NCBI GenBank assembly: GCA_002633005.1 | Contig: NMRA01000007.1 | Span: 696,362 to 760,361 of the forward strand | From: Phoronis australis | Taxonomy: Eukaryota > Animalia > Phoronida | Reading direction: 5' to 3' | Length of the DNA stretch: 64,000 bases | Part shown: in pieces, positions 1 to 13,522 of the stretch | Layout of the letters: every line of letters starts with the position of its first letter | Position numbering within the stretch: the stretch's first letter is position 1 | Position numbers and translations under genes: made by a program | The notes under the pieces: generated by a model | The model's database searches: none | Told to the model about the DNA's origin: nothing | What the model saw: only the letters and a program-made list of their open reading frames with translations

Positions 1-1178
1 AGCTTTCAAACTCGACGCAAGGAAGCCAAACTCATCATAGCAAAATTCAAACTCGATGAAGTGACGAGTCAAAACAGGTTGTGGAGGACAGTGCTAATGG
101 TCTTTGTGTGGTCGTATTCAAAAAGCGTATCTTTGACAAGAATCACTGAAAGTTAGTGCAATGGGCCATTACTGATTATCAATAACATTCATTTCTTGTC
201 GGAATATCTTGGGCGAAAGTTGACCTATTTTTTCACAGAGCGTCAAGAATGGTCTAATTTTAAGACTCCAAAACAAAAATCTGAAAACCTGTCATGAAAT
301 AGCAAGTAGCAAGGGGAAATTTGATGTTTTTGTTTTTGTTTATGTCTGTACCAGCAAACACAACATGTCCAGGTAACACATCACATAGTGATATTTGCAA
401 GAGTTCATATATTTGTACCTACGACATCGAATCACTGATTGTTTACATTTCGTAAGCCCACTAGTTAACCATTTTTGGGGATTTTGATACTTGAACCAAT
501 AGAGTTACGTCTGATGACAAGTAAACTTAATCAAGGCGCACCAACTCGAGCAATAGTTCATCCTCGGGCACATGAGGGCTTGGAGACTAAAAGACTTGAT
601 GTTGTAACAAACATACAGCTTTCCAGGGGGGGTTCTGGGGTGAAAATGCTCCAATTCCAATAGAACGTGTGCAAAAGATGTAACAGAATAGTTTTGCTAA
701 TGAATTTCATGAAATTCGAACTACGAAGAGATATTTTGCAAACTGATAAAGGCAACGAAAATCAAGAGGTATGTAAATGACAGCTACGTATTTGAAGTCA
801 GCTGAAATCATCGTCTTCCTAAAACTGCTTTGAGGTGGTGTACCATACGCCCATACTCGTTCTCCTAAAAACGCTGTAAAACTTGAGGACTGCCGGAGAA
901 GTGACGTCATGCCAATGTAAAAAGCTTAGAGGTTGGTATAAATAGACAAATTAGATTTCAGAAATGAAATTGAAATTAAATAACTCATAAGTAAAGCCTT
1001 CATGTTTCACGAAATGTTAAAAGGCGAGCTATGAAAAACAGTCATTTGACAAAAAACAAGAAGATTGTTTTTATTTTAAAAATCTACAAAGGTTGACAAT
1101 TATCTAATTGGATGAAACCAAAACTGCCCCAGAGCTGCAGGAATTCAATTTCACAAAAATTGTAAAATCGTTACTCAC

Positions 1179-1286
1179 AGGCACGGCATAAACAAATGTG
1201 TACACAATTGCCGTGCATCCGTCTTTTCCTCAATACATGACACTCTTTTCACAGCTTCGATACACAGCTCAGGGCGGCAAGACCAG
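1179..1286 (-). CDS. antistasin-like Cys exon with one in-frame TGA (AGLAALSCVSKL*KECHVLRKRRMHGNCVHICLCRA)
   Basis: tgtag acceptor, T|GTGAGT donor; 108 nt symmetric phase 1-1; C-x4-[TGA]-x2-C-x10-C-x3-C-x-C spacing. Confidence 0.5.
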
Positions 1287-1354
1287 CTACAGTGAAAAAT
1301 TCTTAAAAATAGACAATCCGTTTTTAAGCGGATATCCTTTAACGGAAAACATAC

Positions 1355-1479
1355 CAGAACAGTTTGGAACACCCCTGGTCACAGTTTCTGGACGTCTTTT
1401 GCCATCAGGAGTTGTACACCAGCACAAACCTGTGCCGTCCATACATTGTACAGTCTGCCAGTCACCAAACAATGTGCAC
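1355..1479 (-). CDS. thyroglobulin type-1 domain, C-half (CTLFGDWQTVQCMDGTGLCWCTTPDGKRRPETVTRGVPNCS)
   Basis: QC...G.CWC..P.G signature; aacag acceptor, G|GTATGT donor; phase 2->1. Confidence 0.88.
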
Positions 1480-1835
1480 CTGTTAAAAGTGAGGAATGAC
1501 ATGTTTATTATCAACACGCTGCGCATTTTAAAGTAGCAAGGACCAACAGAGGAACAACAATTTGGCAAGAAGTGCGGATGTCATTATAATATTGATCAGA
1601 CATGATTACTTTTTCTACAAAAAGGTAATAAAACTGTTGTTTTTAAAAAATATAAGTTCACTAAACTCTTTTGTAACTTTCAAGTAACTTTAAGATTCGT
1701 CAAAAATGTGCAACTTTATACGTGTGAACTTTTTAGATTTTGAAAACAATTAACACAAAAATAAAATTGACTCCCAAAGTATTCACAAAAAGTATTTACT
1801 AGAAGCATTACAAAATTCGGCTCACCATAGCAACG

Positions 1836-2196
1836 TAAGAAAAAAACAAGTAGATAGGAGTATTAAAATAAAGTCATGAAAACTGGTATGAAAAATACGT
1901 TCCTTTGGGAAGTGGCCCTTTGTCAAGATCAACGCAAATTACCTTTTTAGTTTTTTTTGTAATATTTAAAATGTACCAAGTTAAAACTGCTCTCCACATT
2001 GCAGGCTCTAACTCTGTGCAAATGACAGAAAAAAACAATTTGGGTGTAATAACGACTACCATTGTTAAGAAAGTAGTGCTAGCTATTACCTTTCCACTTC
2101 ATTAGCCCAGATCTACATCAATACAAAGGGCGTGCTGAATAGGCATCATCAAAGTTTTCTGGGGCTTAGGGAATCACAGTTATGACCAGTGTAAGC
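1836..2196 (+). repeat. ~360-bp direct repeat, close copy at 23852-24226
   Basis: Long near-identical stretches (GGCCCTTTGTCAAGATCAA, GGGCGTGCTGAATAGGCATCA). Confidence 0.85.
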
Positions 2197-3439
2197 TGGA
2201 GTATCAAGTTTCGTGGTGAGAGGTTCGAAGAAGTATATATTATACAATGGAAGCTGAAGGGAGTGAAATTAAGCAGAAGGACTAACATCACCCACGCCAT
2301 TTAGCCAATTGACGTTACCAGGGCTAAAGGTCAGTACGGAACTGGCCAGCCTCCCTACGCGTCTGCAAAAAACGGCCAGCGAAAAAAAAAACTTCGAATC
2401 TAAATAAAGGTGAGGTGCACTACGGGAGACAGAGGCGATGCCGAAATGGGCGCAACGAAGGACTGCAGTGGAGCGGGGGACACAGACTTCATGTGAACTT
2501 TCCGTTTTATAACACGCACGAGTAGAGACTGGAGGCTAACCACCCAGTTCATTGTGCAAAGTAGACCATTTTTGAGTTACAAAACAAATCATTTATTGTT
2601 TTCGCTCTAATCTCCCCACAGGATGCAATATATACCTTTGTTGATGAATTGTTAGTTTAAGACATTTTAAAAAATACACTTCTTTCACAAATAGCGACGC
2701 GCGTAGTAATACTGGATATACCAACAAATCATCTGATCCAAATTACAGCTATCTCCCACAAAACTTGACCGATTTTTTGAGGGATAAAGTGCATATACTC
2801 CAATTTTTATGAGGAATTCAAGATGAAATCGAACGTCTTAATTCTTCAAGCAACTCTTCTCTTAACGCTGCCACATTGAAGTGCAATAAAGAGTAATCGA
2901 GCAGAAAGACTTGTGGTTTCTGACCTTCCGGTGTAGCGCGAGTGCCAACTCCAGACCATCCAGCACAACAATATAAAGTTGTGCCACCTATATTAGTATA
3001 AAAGGGGAGCCTGCCTGAAGTCGCCCAAAAAGTGGGGCCCTTCTAATAATATAGGAGGGCCCTCCACTCTGGTGATCTTTGGGTGGGGCTGCCCATATTA
3101 ATATAGCATACACCACTTGGTGATGTCGTTGCAATAAGAATGAGTCATTTAAAATAAAAGCTGTTAAATAAATGAGTAATACACAATAAAAATCAAACAT
3201 TCAGTTGGCAACATGGCTCAGTTTACACGATTTTTTCATTAAACCTACCTTTTTCAGCACAAAATCAAAGACTTGGTAAAGAGGAAATATCTATTTCATG
3301 TTTGCGATCTGTCTAACATTTAGCAATCGGATTCTAGTGGCCAATTAAATTTTTATACTGGCTAGACCGAGGGCAGAGCATATTGACAGTTCATTATCCG
3401 AATTAACAAAGACTCGTTGTGACATTCGAGGAAAGGCTA

Positions 3440-3800
3440 TTGTATTCAGAGAATTGTGTTCCACAGCCGAATATCCTGCAAGGGGTTAAGAGATTCAGCC
3501 AAAAAACTGCCACTAGAGGGCATCAAACTAGTCAAAGCACTTCAGAAGCAAACATAAAAAACTAGAGGGCACAGTGGTTGTCTGATCCATTTGAAAGTTG
3601 TCATCCGCTACCAAGTATTAAGAACAAATTAAGTTTTGTTATTCACACTCATATAAGAAGTTTAGGAAATACAGCCGCAGAATACGGATGGATGGACACT
3701 GGAAAGACGGACGCCAGACGGACGCCGCCGGACGGACGCCGCCAGACAGATGGACAATGACAGCCTGCGATCACATACTACAAATATGTGGGCGCAAAGA
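3440..3800 (-). mobile_element. truncated HINE-like copy
   Basis: GCCACTAGAGGGCA unit, (GGAC)n microsatellite, terminal AAATATGTGGGCGCA. Confidence 0.6.
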
Positions 3801-3905
3801 ACACCCACAAAGACCCTGCAGCTGTACATAGTTTTTTTGCAGTGGGTGAAATGACAATGAACGATAGATCACTTCAAATTATTAAGCTGAGAACTATTAT
3901 AGTAC

Positions 3906-4008
3906 CTGGGAAGAGAGACCAACCATAGGCTTTTCAATGAATGACTCTTGATCATATCTTTCGTTTTCAATAAAGCTTTGTAGCACGTTGATGTCTGAAG
4001 TGGGTGAC
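3906..4008 (-). CDS. thyroglobulin type-1 domain, N-half (HPLQTSTCYKALLKTKDMIKSHSLKSLWLVSLP)
   Basis: tttgcag acceptor, AG|GTACT donor; 103 nt, phase 1->2; joins the next exon to give P-R-C. Confidence 0.75.
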
Positions 4009-4651
4009 CTGCAAAAGGTACATCTTAAATTTAAAGACATTGTGTCGTATTTTTAATCAATTTTACCTGACGGAAAATGTGCTCCTGAGATACAGCCAAT
4101 TTAAAGACAATATACGGCTAACAGACGACGGGTTTCAAAATCCAGCTTTAGCAATGCATTACAGATACCAGGAATTTCCATAGATAAGTCCATGGGCATG
4201 TACTTGGAAAATCAAAAATTTCAGTCGTTTTAATAACACCAGGAGTAATTTGGAAAAGGGGGCATGTAAACAGAAAGTCATTAGGTTTCCTAACTTTGAC
4301 ATTTTTTACTTAAAAATGCGTGTTTAAATTCTATGTTAATAAATGCAAACTTTGCCAGCACTTTGTTTGTTTATATAAATGATTAATGCTCCACAAAACT
4401 GAATTTGTGACTAAACGTTGACGCTTAGTGGACTTTTAAGAGAAATTTTTCCGAATAAACGCCCCACTATCTGGACACTTGACACCAGAAGTTGTTACAC
4501 CAAATAAACGCCCATGGCCATTTATTCCGCATAATTTTCCAAATAAACGCTCATGGGCGTTTCATCGGGTGGGCTTATCTACGGAAAACCCCGGTAATTG
4601 TTGAATACCTTAAAGTTTGTGTATAATAACTTTCTTGGCCGAATTAGGTAC

Positions 4652-5629
4652 CTTGCAGCAATCACTCGATCGCCTTTGATGTACCTCATTCATTTCAGCT
4701 TATAAGCATGCTGGTGAATAGCGTTATCTTGGCTCAGCAAGAGGTTACATTTACACAATGCATGCATGTTGCAACCTATCTTCCTGGACGAAAACTTGAG
4801 CGGCACATTCTACAACGATTTGGGTCCAGATCTGTACACAACATTCATTTCCCTGTTCATGTTCTAAGCAGAAAGACGATTTGCTTTCTAATGCAGCTAC
4901 AAACCAACCTTCTATCAGAACAAATAACTTTGTTTTAGACCACTTACCATTCTGAAACTGGTCTCAAATTTTTCCTTAGTCTGAACATGGAGATAATTTC
5001 AGGTCTTCAAAACAACTGAACGGTTCATCATTGCTTCAGTGACACCTGTTGCAAGCACTAAAAGTTGCATGGCTAATTGTTATGGTGAGACATTTGATGG
5101 CCCAATCATGGTCTCAAGGAATATTACAAACAATCAGTTATGAATTTGCAAACCCACTAGCTGCTCACCTCATAAGGAAACGTCGACTTTTACGGATAAA
5201 TGTTGGACGGATCTTAATCAAGTTTTTTCTTGGAGAGAACATAGGTATTTATAAACACTTCAAATTTTTTAACTCCGAGTTGCTGAACATTGAAAACTTA
5301 TGAATTTAGTTTTGGGTGGCCCTCTCTGGCTCCTAAAACAGTTCAAAAACCTTGTCCACCACTGGTTCAGGAGATACAGCTACTGAACACTGGACACCAC
5401 ACCGTCCAATTAAGTAGCAGCAAAAATGATAAGATGCCTACATTTATGATTATGTACCTTGAGTGAAAGCAATGTTAATTACATGCTAGTAATAAACGCC
5501 GTATGTCTTGTCAAACAAAAGCAAATAGTTAAGAAGTAATCATTACTTGTGAGATTGGATTGTTCATAAAGTACACAATGAGCACTTACTGAGTGCGACC
5601 TGTTGACACCGCGCTAGGAAGAGTGACGT
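4652..5629 (-). pseudogene. three phase-compatible but stop-disrupted Cys-rich exons of the same gene (5629-5590, 5045-4948, 4831-4652)
   Basis: Canonical AG/GT ends; phases 1-2, 2-1, 1-1 fit the chain; in-frame TGA/TAA/TAG in the second and third. Confidence 0.45.
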
Positions 5630-6199
5630 CTAAAATCAATAAAGTCATCTTTAAGGATCCAGACACTATGGCAACACATTTTAAATCAAAGAAAATGACG
5701 TGTTTAAGCAATGGCTCTTATGAATCCAGTGATTTCTGGTTACTGAAAGGCACAAATTAACATCTAATAAGGACCAGCATGTCTAACTGAAGGACAGTTA
5801 ATTTTCTGGCGTGCATGTTGTCCCGATTATACAGTCACTGGACTACAGCATTCTTCTCAGAGGGTGTCTGTGCATGTACAGAACATTTCATATTTTTGGT
5901 TTTACCAAATACGGTCTTTTCACTAACAGTTTGTACACTCTAATCGTCTGTACACCACCCTTGAAACACCGTATTTCTCTTTGATAGTTAGTACACGTGT
6001 CTGTAAATTATTTTGTACATGGTACATATTGCCAATAACTTTGTGTTTGTTTTCTTTCCTCTATCAACTTTTCTTTCCTCTTAACTAACCGATAAAGTTG
6101 GCGAGGATGAAACTGTTTGTCATAAGCGCAAGATGGACTTTCCATTTTGACATTACACCGACATTAGCCATCAAAAAACGCTGGTCTAGGGGTGTTTCT

Positions 6200-7110
6200 T
6201 AGTATTGTAAAAACAGCCATTAGAAGGCACAGAATGTCAAATCTGTCTAAAACTGGGAAGGCGTCATTACTCCCTAATACAAAACTAATTCCCAAATTCC
6301 ATGAAATTATCAGCCACGGAGTTCCAAAAGTACTTAGAGGCAAACATAAAAACTAAAATTACAATTAGGGGGCACAGTCGAGGGCAGTTGACACATTCAT
6401 AGGAAAACACCCGCAAAAATGCTAAAGTTCACAAAGGTCCTACAAAGGAACAAGGACCTATAGCCATAGTCACAGAAATACAAAATCACCACCAGGGGAT
6501 GCCACAGTTGTCATATAAGCCCAAAATCAGTGTCACCCATGGTCTACTCATCAGGATGGCAACCGCTAAGTTTCATAATAATCCTTTGGGCAGTTTGGAA
6601 GAAAAAGAGGAAGATACCAAAACGGTATCAAGATAATTAAAATGGCCACAAGGTGGAGCCTTATGTGTCGAATACGTCTGAAAATTGAAAGGCATTGTTT
6701 TCTTCTAAATAGAAACATAATTATGTCACATTTCACAAAAATCTATCCATGAATTCGGAAGATACGGAGGAAAAGGTAAAAAATAAAATTACCACTAGAG
6801 CCGCACAGCTGAAGTCCCATTGGTCTGAAACTGCTGTCATCCGAAACCAGCTCCAAAAAAACACATATGCCCCATTCCACACAAGAATCCACCAAAGGAT
6901 TGAGGAAGAAAAGTCATGGACACAAAAAACAAAATTACCACTTGCTAGAAGGTGCCACAGAAGTGGAACCTGTCCAAAAATCAGCATCAGTCGCCGTGTT
7001 CTGAACACACCCGTCCAGTATCTGCCAATTTTGGTAGTTATCCTTGGAATAATGGTGAAAGTTGACATAAAAAATATACTCGTACAGTGTTCGTGCACAA
7101 CTTATGAAAA
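6200..7110 (-). repeat. older, diverged array of the same ~145-bp unit
   Basis: Same AAAATTGCCACTAGRRGGC-type core every ~130-155 bp with AAATTCCATGAA/ATCC spacer motifs. Confidence 0.6.
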
Positions 7111-7155
7111 AAACCCGGCCTAACACCTTGACTTGCAAACTGTAATATTGATAAG

Positions 7156-7164
7156 ATGATGATG

Positions 7165-7199
<35 letters not shown>

Positions 7200-10100
7200 C
7201 TTTATTTATAGAGGATGAAATACAATAGATATAAAACATGCTTTAGCCAAAGGCTAATATACAGCATGGTCCTCAACAGCAAAAATTAAATTAAATAAAT
7301 TAATATATATATATAGATAGATTAAATTAAGTTCTTACATAAAATTAAACAGTATTTACAAATTGGATTTACAGACTGGATTAAAAATAAATAAACAAAT
7401 AAAAAATTTTATATGGTATATACATTGGAGTGACAAAAAGGACGGACAGCTATGATGATCACAGGTAACAAATGAGTGTGAGTCTGACATCATCATAATG
7501 GTCAGCCTCCTTTAGACTATTTGGCAAGTTGTAAAACTATTGAATGGCCTGAATAAAGAGAGACTTAGAGTAAAACGAAGTTCTGTGTTTAGGCAAAACC
7601 AAATTGTTTTAGGTAGAAAATCGTGTCCTGATTTGATGGCTATTTCGAACAAGTACATGGTTACGGGATAAATATTAAGTACTTGGTACATTATTGTGAA
7701 AACATTTATGCATCATACACAAACACCTATATAATTATGAAGTATTTGTCAATAGGGAGCCACCCCAGTCTTTTAAACATATGAGTTGAAGGAGTGTCAA
7801 AAGGTAGACCTAGAACAAGTCTGGCCGCCTGCTTCTGAGCCTTCAATAAAGAGGAAACCAATTTTGCATTGCATCCTCTGACCACACCGTACTACAATAA
7901 ACGAACAGACGGAATATACAAGTGCTGAAATATTGCAGACACCCTTCTGTGGGAAGAAATGGTGATATACGCCGGAGAAGACAAAGACGCTGTCTAATTT
8001 TGGACAAAGTCCCACTAATATGGCTAGACCATCTGAGGGTATACAGTAACACCCAAGAACTTTTCACTGTCAACCTGTATGAGCTGTACATCCGGAATAG
8101 TAAGATTAAGTTCACTTCTACTATGACGTTACTCTGAGGCCATGCTCATACATTTTGTTTATTCAGCATTAATTATCGTTTTATTATCAACACACCACGT
8201 AGCAACTTTCCAAATCAGACTGGTGTCTGTTCCTTACAGCAATCAGCGAGTTTGCCACAACCGTAAGTATCATCTGCATACATGTCAACCGTGTTTTCAC
8301 AGACTAAAGAGTAAAAACAGCAGAGGTCCCAGGATGGATCCCTGGGGGACACCGTGTGTGATACCTCGGGTCTCAGACAGATGTCCATCGTGACCAAGGG
8401 ATACAACCTGGCACCTCTCTGAGAGCTATGGTTGAAACCAGTTTAGCGAAATCTTCCCATTCAACAGTTCGCTTAAAAGTACCGTACTCATACGGGTTAC
8501 CGCCCATGCTCAGCTAACCGCCCACCCCCCAAAAATTTTCAATTTTTCATTTTTAAGCGCCCATGTTTGGCTTGCTGCCCACCCCCAATTTTTATGATGT
8601 GTGTGCTTTTGTGAACGTTCGTCTCACAAAACTAAGATTCCAAAACGTGCGCAACTCACTTACTTTTCAATGACAATCAATCAGTTCTAACGGAACTAGA
8701 AAATTGCCTTACTATGGCAGTAAAATAATCTTATCATAGACATCTTGATGTCTATGAACCGCATTATCATGCTCTTTACTGAAGTAGACACAATTCTTTT
8801 GACTCACGCGCGGAACTCGCGTTAGCAATTGTACTGATCACTGAGACAACGCTTGTCAAATGTATTTCATTGCCGTGGAAGAACCAGCAAAGTGGTACTT
8901 GACAAGAATTTCAAGTCTGTGGCCTACCTTTCTGGATTCCCCGTGACAGTACACGAAACATCACTACCCAGAGCAATGAAATAAAAAACACGAACACACT
9001 CAGCTGGTACATGACCAACGATTTTTGAAACTCCACCAACATTATTTTGGATGCATTGTTTTGAATACAAGCAGATATGGGCCATTGTTCCGTGTCTTCA
9101 CTAAGCGCGTGTTTTGTATTGACTCACTCCTGGCACCAAAATGGAAGCGCCATTAAAGCAACAGAGCAAAAAAATCGACTTGTAAAGTGCAAGTCGAACA
9201 TTCTATACACATCTACGTGGTCAAAAACTCTCGATGTGCCTGTTGACTTTTTACGTGATGTGTTTTTGCTTTTTTACATGATGGGTTTTTGCTTCATTAT
9301 TTTCGCAGCCGACTGACCACCCCTATTGCCCCTATTCAGATTGTTGAGCACATGCTTTGAACAAATTCGGGGGAGGTCGGTGTTGGCAATACATGCCGAT
9401 CTAGCAGAGTCTTGCATGATCTCACTTGTCTCTCAGGAAACTTGGCCTACTGAAGGCACGTCTATCTGTAAGAATACCTTAGTTCCAAGACATGACGAGC
9501 AGCGACCGAGGTACGTAAAAACCCAATCACGCTCCGGATTACAGCGCCACTGTATCGTGTGCGCTATTCCACTTCAGCCCGTCGAAGTCTGTTACTTCAA
9601 TCTGCCAACGAATATTTTAACTGACATGCTTGAAGCCCGACGTCAGTGTAGCTCCGTGTGGATACAATCAGTCCTTTGTGCAGTAAGCACCCACTCCCGA
9701 TTTTTCAAAAATTTCGATTTTAACCGCCCATGCTCGGCTTACCCACCCCTTATTTTTTTGAATCCCAATTTAAGCGCCCTGGGCAGTAACCCGGACGAGT
9801 ACGGTGTATTGTGACCAACAAGATCAAAAGCTTTTATAAAATCCAAAAATACTACACCAACATTGTGCCACTATCCACCCCCTGAGCCCAGCCATTAACA
9901 ATATTAATGAGGACAGTTTCACAGGAGTGGTCACTTCTGAAACCAGATTGAGAGGTCACTACTAAGTGACATGCTCAGTCAAAAATGAAAAAAGGGTATT
10001 GTGAACATGCTTCTCCAACAATTTAGATAAGACCAGCACAATTGAAATTGGTCTGTAAGTGTTTACATTCAGTAGCACCGCCTTTGTGCAAAGGGGATAC

Positions 10101-10460
10101 TTTTGCACGTTTCCACAAACTAATGCTCTGATTAAAGATAGGTGATAGATGATGTCAGCTCAAGAGCTAGTTTCATACCAGTGGCTTTATTTATATTTAT
10201 ACCACTTAAAATTTTGTTAACAAACTCCATGGTAACCAGAGCAATATCATAACCAATGTCATTGTCTACTCTGGAACTAAGAAAGGTAATCAGATCGTTA
10301 TGAGAGGAGTTTGTATCTTTAAGATCACGAGTGCGTTTGCCAGCTATGTAAGTAAAAAAATTGTTAAAATTATTGGCAATCTGAATTTTGTCATGAACAC
10401 AATTCTCATCAATCTTTAGCATGGTAGGTAATGAGGATTTAAGATCTGACCTATCAGTGA
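7156..10460 (-). mobile_element. degenerate CR1/L2-like LINE (RT region and 3' end), split by a DNA transposon
   Basis: Remnant RT motifs IANNFNNFF, NKATG, VFLDFIKAFDLV.HN, QGSILGPLLF, MYADDT; frameshifts; 3' AATAAA followed by an (ATT)n tail at ~7160-7205. Confidence 0.85.
8482..9804. mobile_element. non-autonomous Tc1/mariner-pogo (Tc2-like) DNA transposon
   Basis: ~25-bp TIRs CCGTACTCATACGGGTTACCGCCCA / TGGGCAGTAACCCGGACGAGTACGG; TA on the left, TG (mutated TA) on the right; subterminal ACCGCCCA repeats. Confidence 0.8.
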
Positions 10461-11791
10461 GCGCTGCAGGTCATTTACTTAGCATTGCAAGATATTGCCA
10501 GATCCGTAACTAACATAATGGAGTTCACACGAAAAAAAATTCAACCACAATTAGTATTTTTCTTACAGTTCAGGTATGTCAGTCTTGTTTGGTATCCTTC
10601 CTGTGCTGATGCAGAAGGCATGATATGCATTGTACGCCTTAATCAACACAAATTAGGGAATAAAATGAGACCATTTATGATATTAACCTTTTCCAATTGT
10701 CACGTTCTTACAATTGTAAATCAGCCGAGAACTATTTTGTTTACAGCACAACTGGGTGATTCATCTGGGTCAGGAACAATAATTGTTGACGGTGGATTAT
10801 GTAATGTGATAATTACAGAGATAGCCAGCCCCATTTTTCAGATTTCGTTCACATGAACATCCATGATTATGGGCCAGCATATTGTACATGAAAATATACA
10901 GATCTCAACAGAGAATTGACATTGTTTGGTTGGCAGTTAGCTGTTTACATCAACTAATCATCACGTAATGTAGGTTAAGCTGGCAAACTGCAACACACAT
11001 CAGAGGCTGACACTTAGTTTAACGCCAAGTCGCCAAATGCCACTTGGCAGAAATCCCAGGTTGCCAAACGAAATCTGAGGTTGCCAAAATTGACATTGAG
11101 ATTGTTGACTAAAATATAAAAAAGCCTGGGCCCTACTCTTTTCTCAGAAAATAATGCTAAACTCTTCAATTTCTCCCCGTAAACCGTATTAATTTCTGCA
11201 CCATACACCATTCAATCACTAACTCAATGAAGAGCAGACGATTGCATACACTGGTGATGTGTGCCATCATCCGATCTTGTATGGGAATTTTTCCCACTAG
11301 TTTGGCTTTCCAACCCACCCTACATTATCTACAGTGCATTACACGTCGAAGCATCAGAAAGTCATGAACTGCAAGATGTTGTTAATCTGCGCTCAGTTCA
11401 TCTGGACAAGATAATTGGTTTCTGCTGATATGAAAAATATTTAAATCACACATACGATATGCCACTTTTCCATACACATGTAATTACTCAAAAACGTCCA
11501 AAATGAAAAGCCACACATGTCAAGTATTGTAATGACTTTTCTCCACAAATTCAAGAAAAACGTCAGAGATTACCCCAGATCTCAGAGTTGAAAGTTGTGC
11601 CCTTCTATCAAAACAGCTACTTAATCAATAACTACTAGTTTTATGACAGGCCAGTCACCAAAATAAACAAACTCAATTATCGAGCTGCATTGCTTCATAT
11701 CGCCTTTGTGCAAGTAAAGTCCTGTCCATACACAGCCTACCCAAGAACAACTTGCACTAGACACTGCAACTTACCTAAATTTTAAGTGGAG

Positions 11792-11794
<3 letters not shown>

Positions 11795-11830
<36 letters not shown>

Positions 11831-11898
11831 NNNNNNNNNNNNNNNNNNNNNNNNNNNNNNNNNNNNNNNNNNNNNNNNNNNNNNNNNNNNNNNNNNNN

Positions 11899-11926
<28 letters not shown>
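11795..11926. repeat. (CA)n microsatellite spanning an assembly gap (N at 11831-11898)
   Basis: Read directly. Confidence 0.95.
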
Positions 11927-11929
<3 letters not shown>

Positions 11930-12934
11930 CTTGAGGGTGAGTTGGAAGTTGTCGCTCTGTGCATGAGAGTGAACACCTCATGCAAATACAGCACGCAAAA
12001 GGAAACCAGTCTGCATAAAACTGCAGCTGATTACTTCTGCCTTACCCCAGATTTGGGGCTAGGCAGCGATTAGAAGTGGCACAAGTTACCCAAGAACAAG
12101 TTACACTATCTCGATGAGGTGGGCAGAAGTAAGCTGTGCCATGCAGTTTAAGAAGCGTCCATGCAGCAATCAAAGCAAGCGACAACTTATTCCAGGAGTA
12201 ACATGTTCCTGGATAAGGTCTGTGTGTGGATGGCACTTATCTTGCACTTTCTCTTTTGTAAAGTGCAGCGCTTTGGGATTTACATCCACCAGTACTGAGA
12301 GCAAATTGTCGATTTTTACCATCCAATAATGGAGAAACTGGCCATCAAAAATGAAAACTTGCAATATCGTTTTAAAAGGGATTTTGAGGTTGACAGAACA
12401 CGAGACGATAAGGACACAGACTATGGTAAAACAACAAAATAAATCAGGTGACACATGCCTTAAAATCCCACCAAGTGCTTGTTAACTATTTTGAGTGCAT
12501 TTCTAAAGAATTTACTATGAATTTTTAATGTCAGCAAGGGTGAAACAATAATTATTGTTCACATCACAGGGAACATTGCATTTTCGAACGTGCCAATAAA
12601 AGCTCAAATTGCAAAAAAGGATATGGAACTGAGTTCCAAACTTGTTTTTGAAATACTTACCACCAACATATTATAATGAAATTCCAATTTTCATTTTATT
12701 ATAATGGATGTAGAACTTAAAAAGAAAATTGGAGTTTTGATTTCCAGCCCACACGTAAGCACCCAGGGTCTTATCTTTTCATTCTACTTTTGGGGGAAGA
12801 TAAGTGTCCATTATTCTATGCTCAAGTCAGTTCGCAGGAGTTCGCAGCTCAAATCTAAGGCTTCAAGAACGAACTTGGACTGGAAATCTATATGCATGAA
12901 TCATTCTGTACTCGAGCACACACTTACCTTAAGA

Positions 12935-13522
12935 GGGGAGCGAGTGGGGGAAGTGAAAGATGTAGAGTGAAGGACAGAGCAGGAGAGAGGGAAAGGGGCG
13001 GTGGAGAGTGAAGGGCAAAGCAGGAGAGAAGGGAAGGAGAAGATGGAGAGTGAAGGGCTGAGCAGGGGAGAGGGGAAGGAGTGGGGGGAGAAAAGATGGA
13101 GAGTGAAAGGCAAAGCAGAAGAGAGGGAGGGAGCGGGGAAGGGAAAGATGAAGAGTGAAGAACAGAGCAGGAGAAGGAAAGGATCGGGGGGAGGAAAAGA
13201 TAGAGAGTGAAGGACAGAGCAGGAGAGATGGGAGGGACTGAGGAAAGATGGAAAAAAGGCAAAGCAGGAGATAAAGAAGCAGAGATGAGATGGGGCAGCA
13301 GGACAAGGAGAGGGGTGAGTTATAGAAGAGCAAGGAGAGAAGGTTTGTGAGAGACAAGGGATAGACAAAGAGGGGCAGACAGGAAGAAGGAGCAAGAGAG
13401 ATACAGGAAAGGGGGAGACAGGGAGAAGGAAGACAGGTGAAGAGAGGAACAAAAAGGAGGGAGAAAAGAAAACGGGAGAGGACATGGAGAGAATTTGATA
13501 TAAAGAAGAGGAGAGGAGAAAG
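12935..13522. repeat. polypurine (GA-rich) low-complexity tract with a degenerate ~35-bp subrepeat
   Basis: Almost only A/G on the plus strand; recurring GATGGAGAGTGAAGG.CAGAGCAGGAGAG. Confidence 0.9.

Noticed and set aside
1249-1260. C-terminal SKL* (PTS1) if the TGA is the real stop
   Set aside because: A disulfide-rich extracellular domain set is incompatible with peroxisomal import; likely coincidence
4948-5045. Multi-selenocysteine exon (two TGAs at plausible Cys positions)
   Set aside because: The same frame also has a TAA, and the next exon has TAG and probable frameshifts; decay is more parsimonious
9326-9814. 162-aa ORF inside the DNA transposon
   Set aside because: No recognisable DDE/D or HTH motifs, and it runs through the TIR
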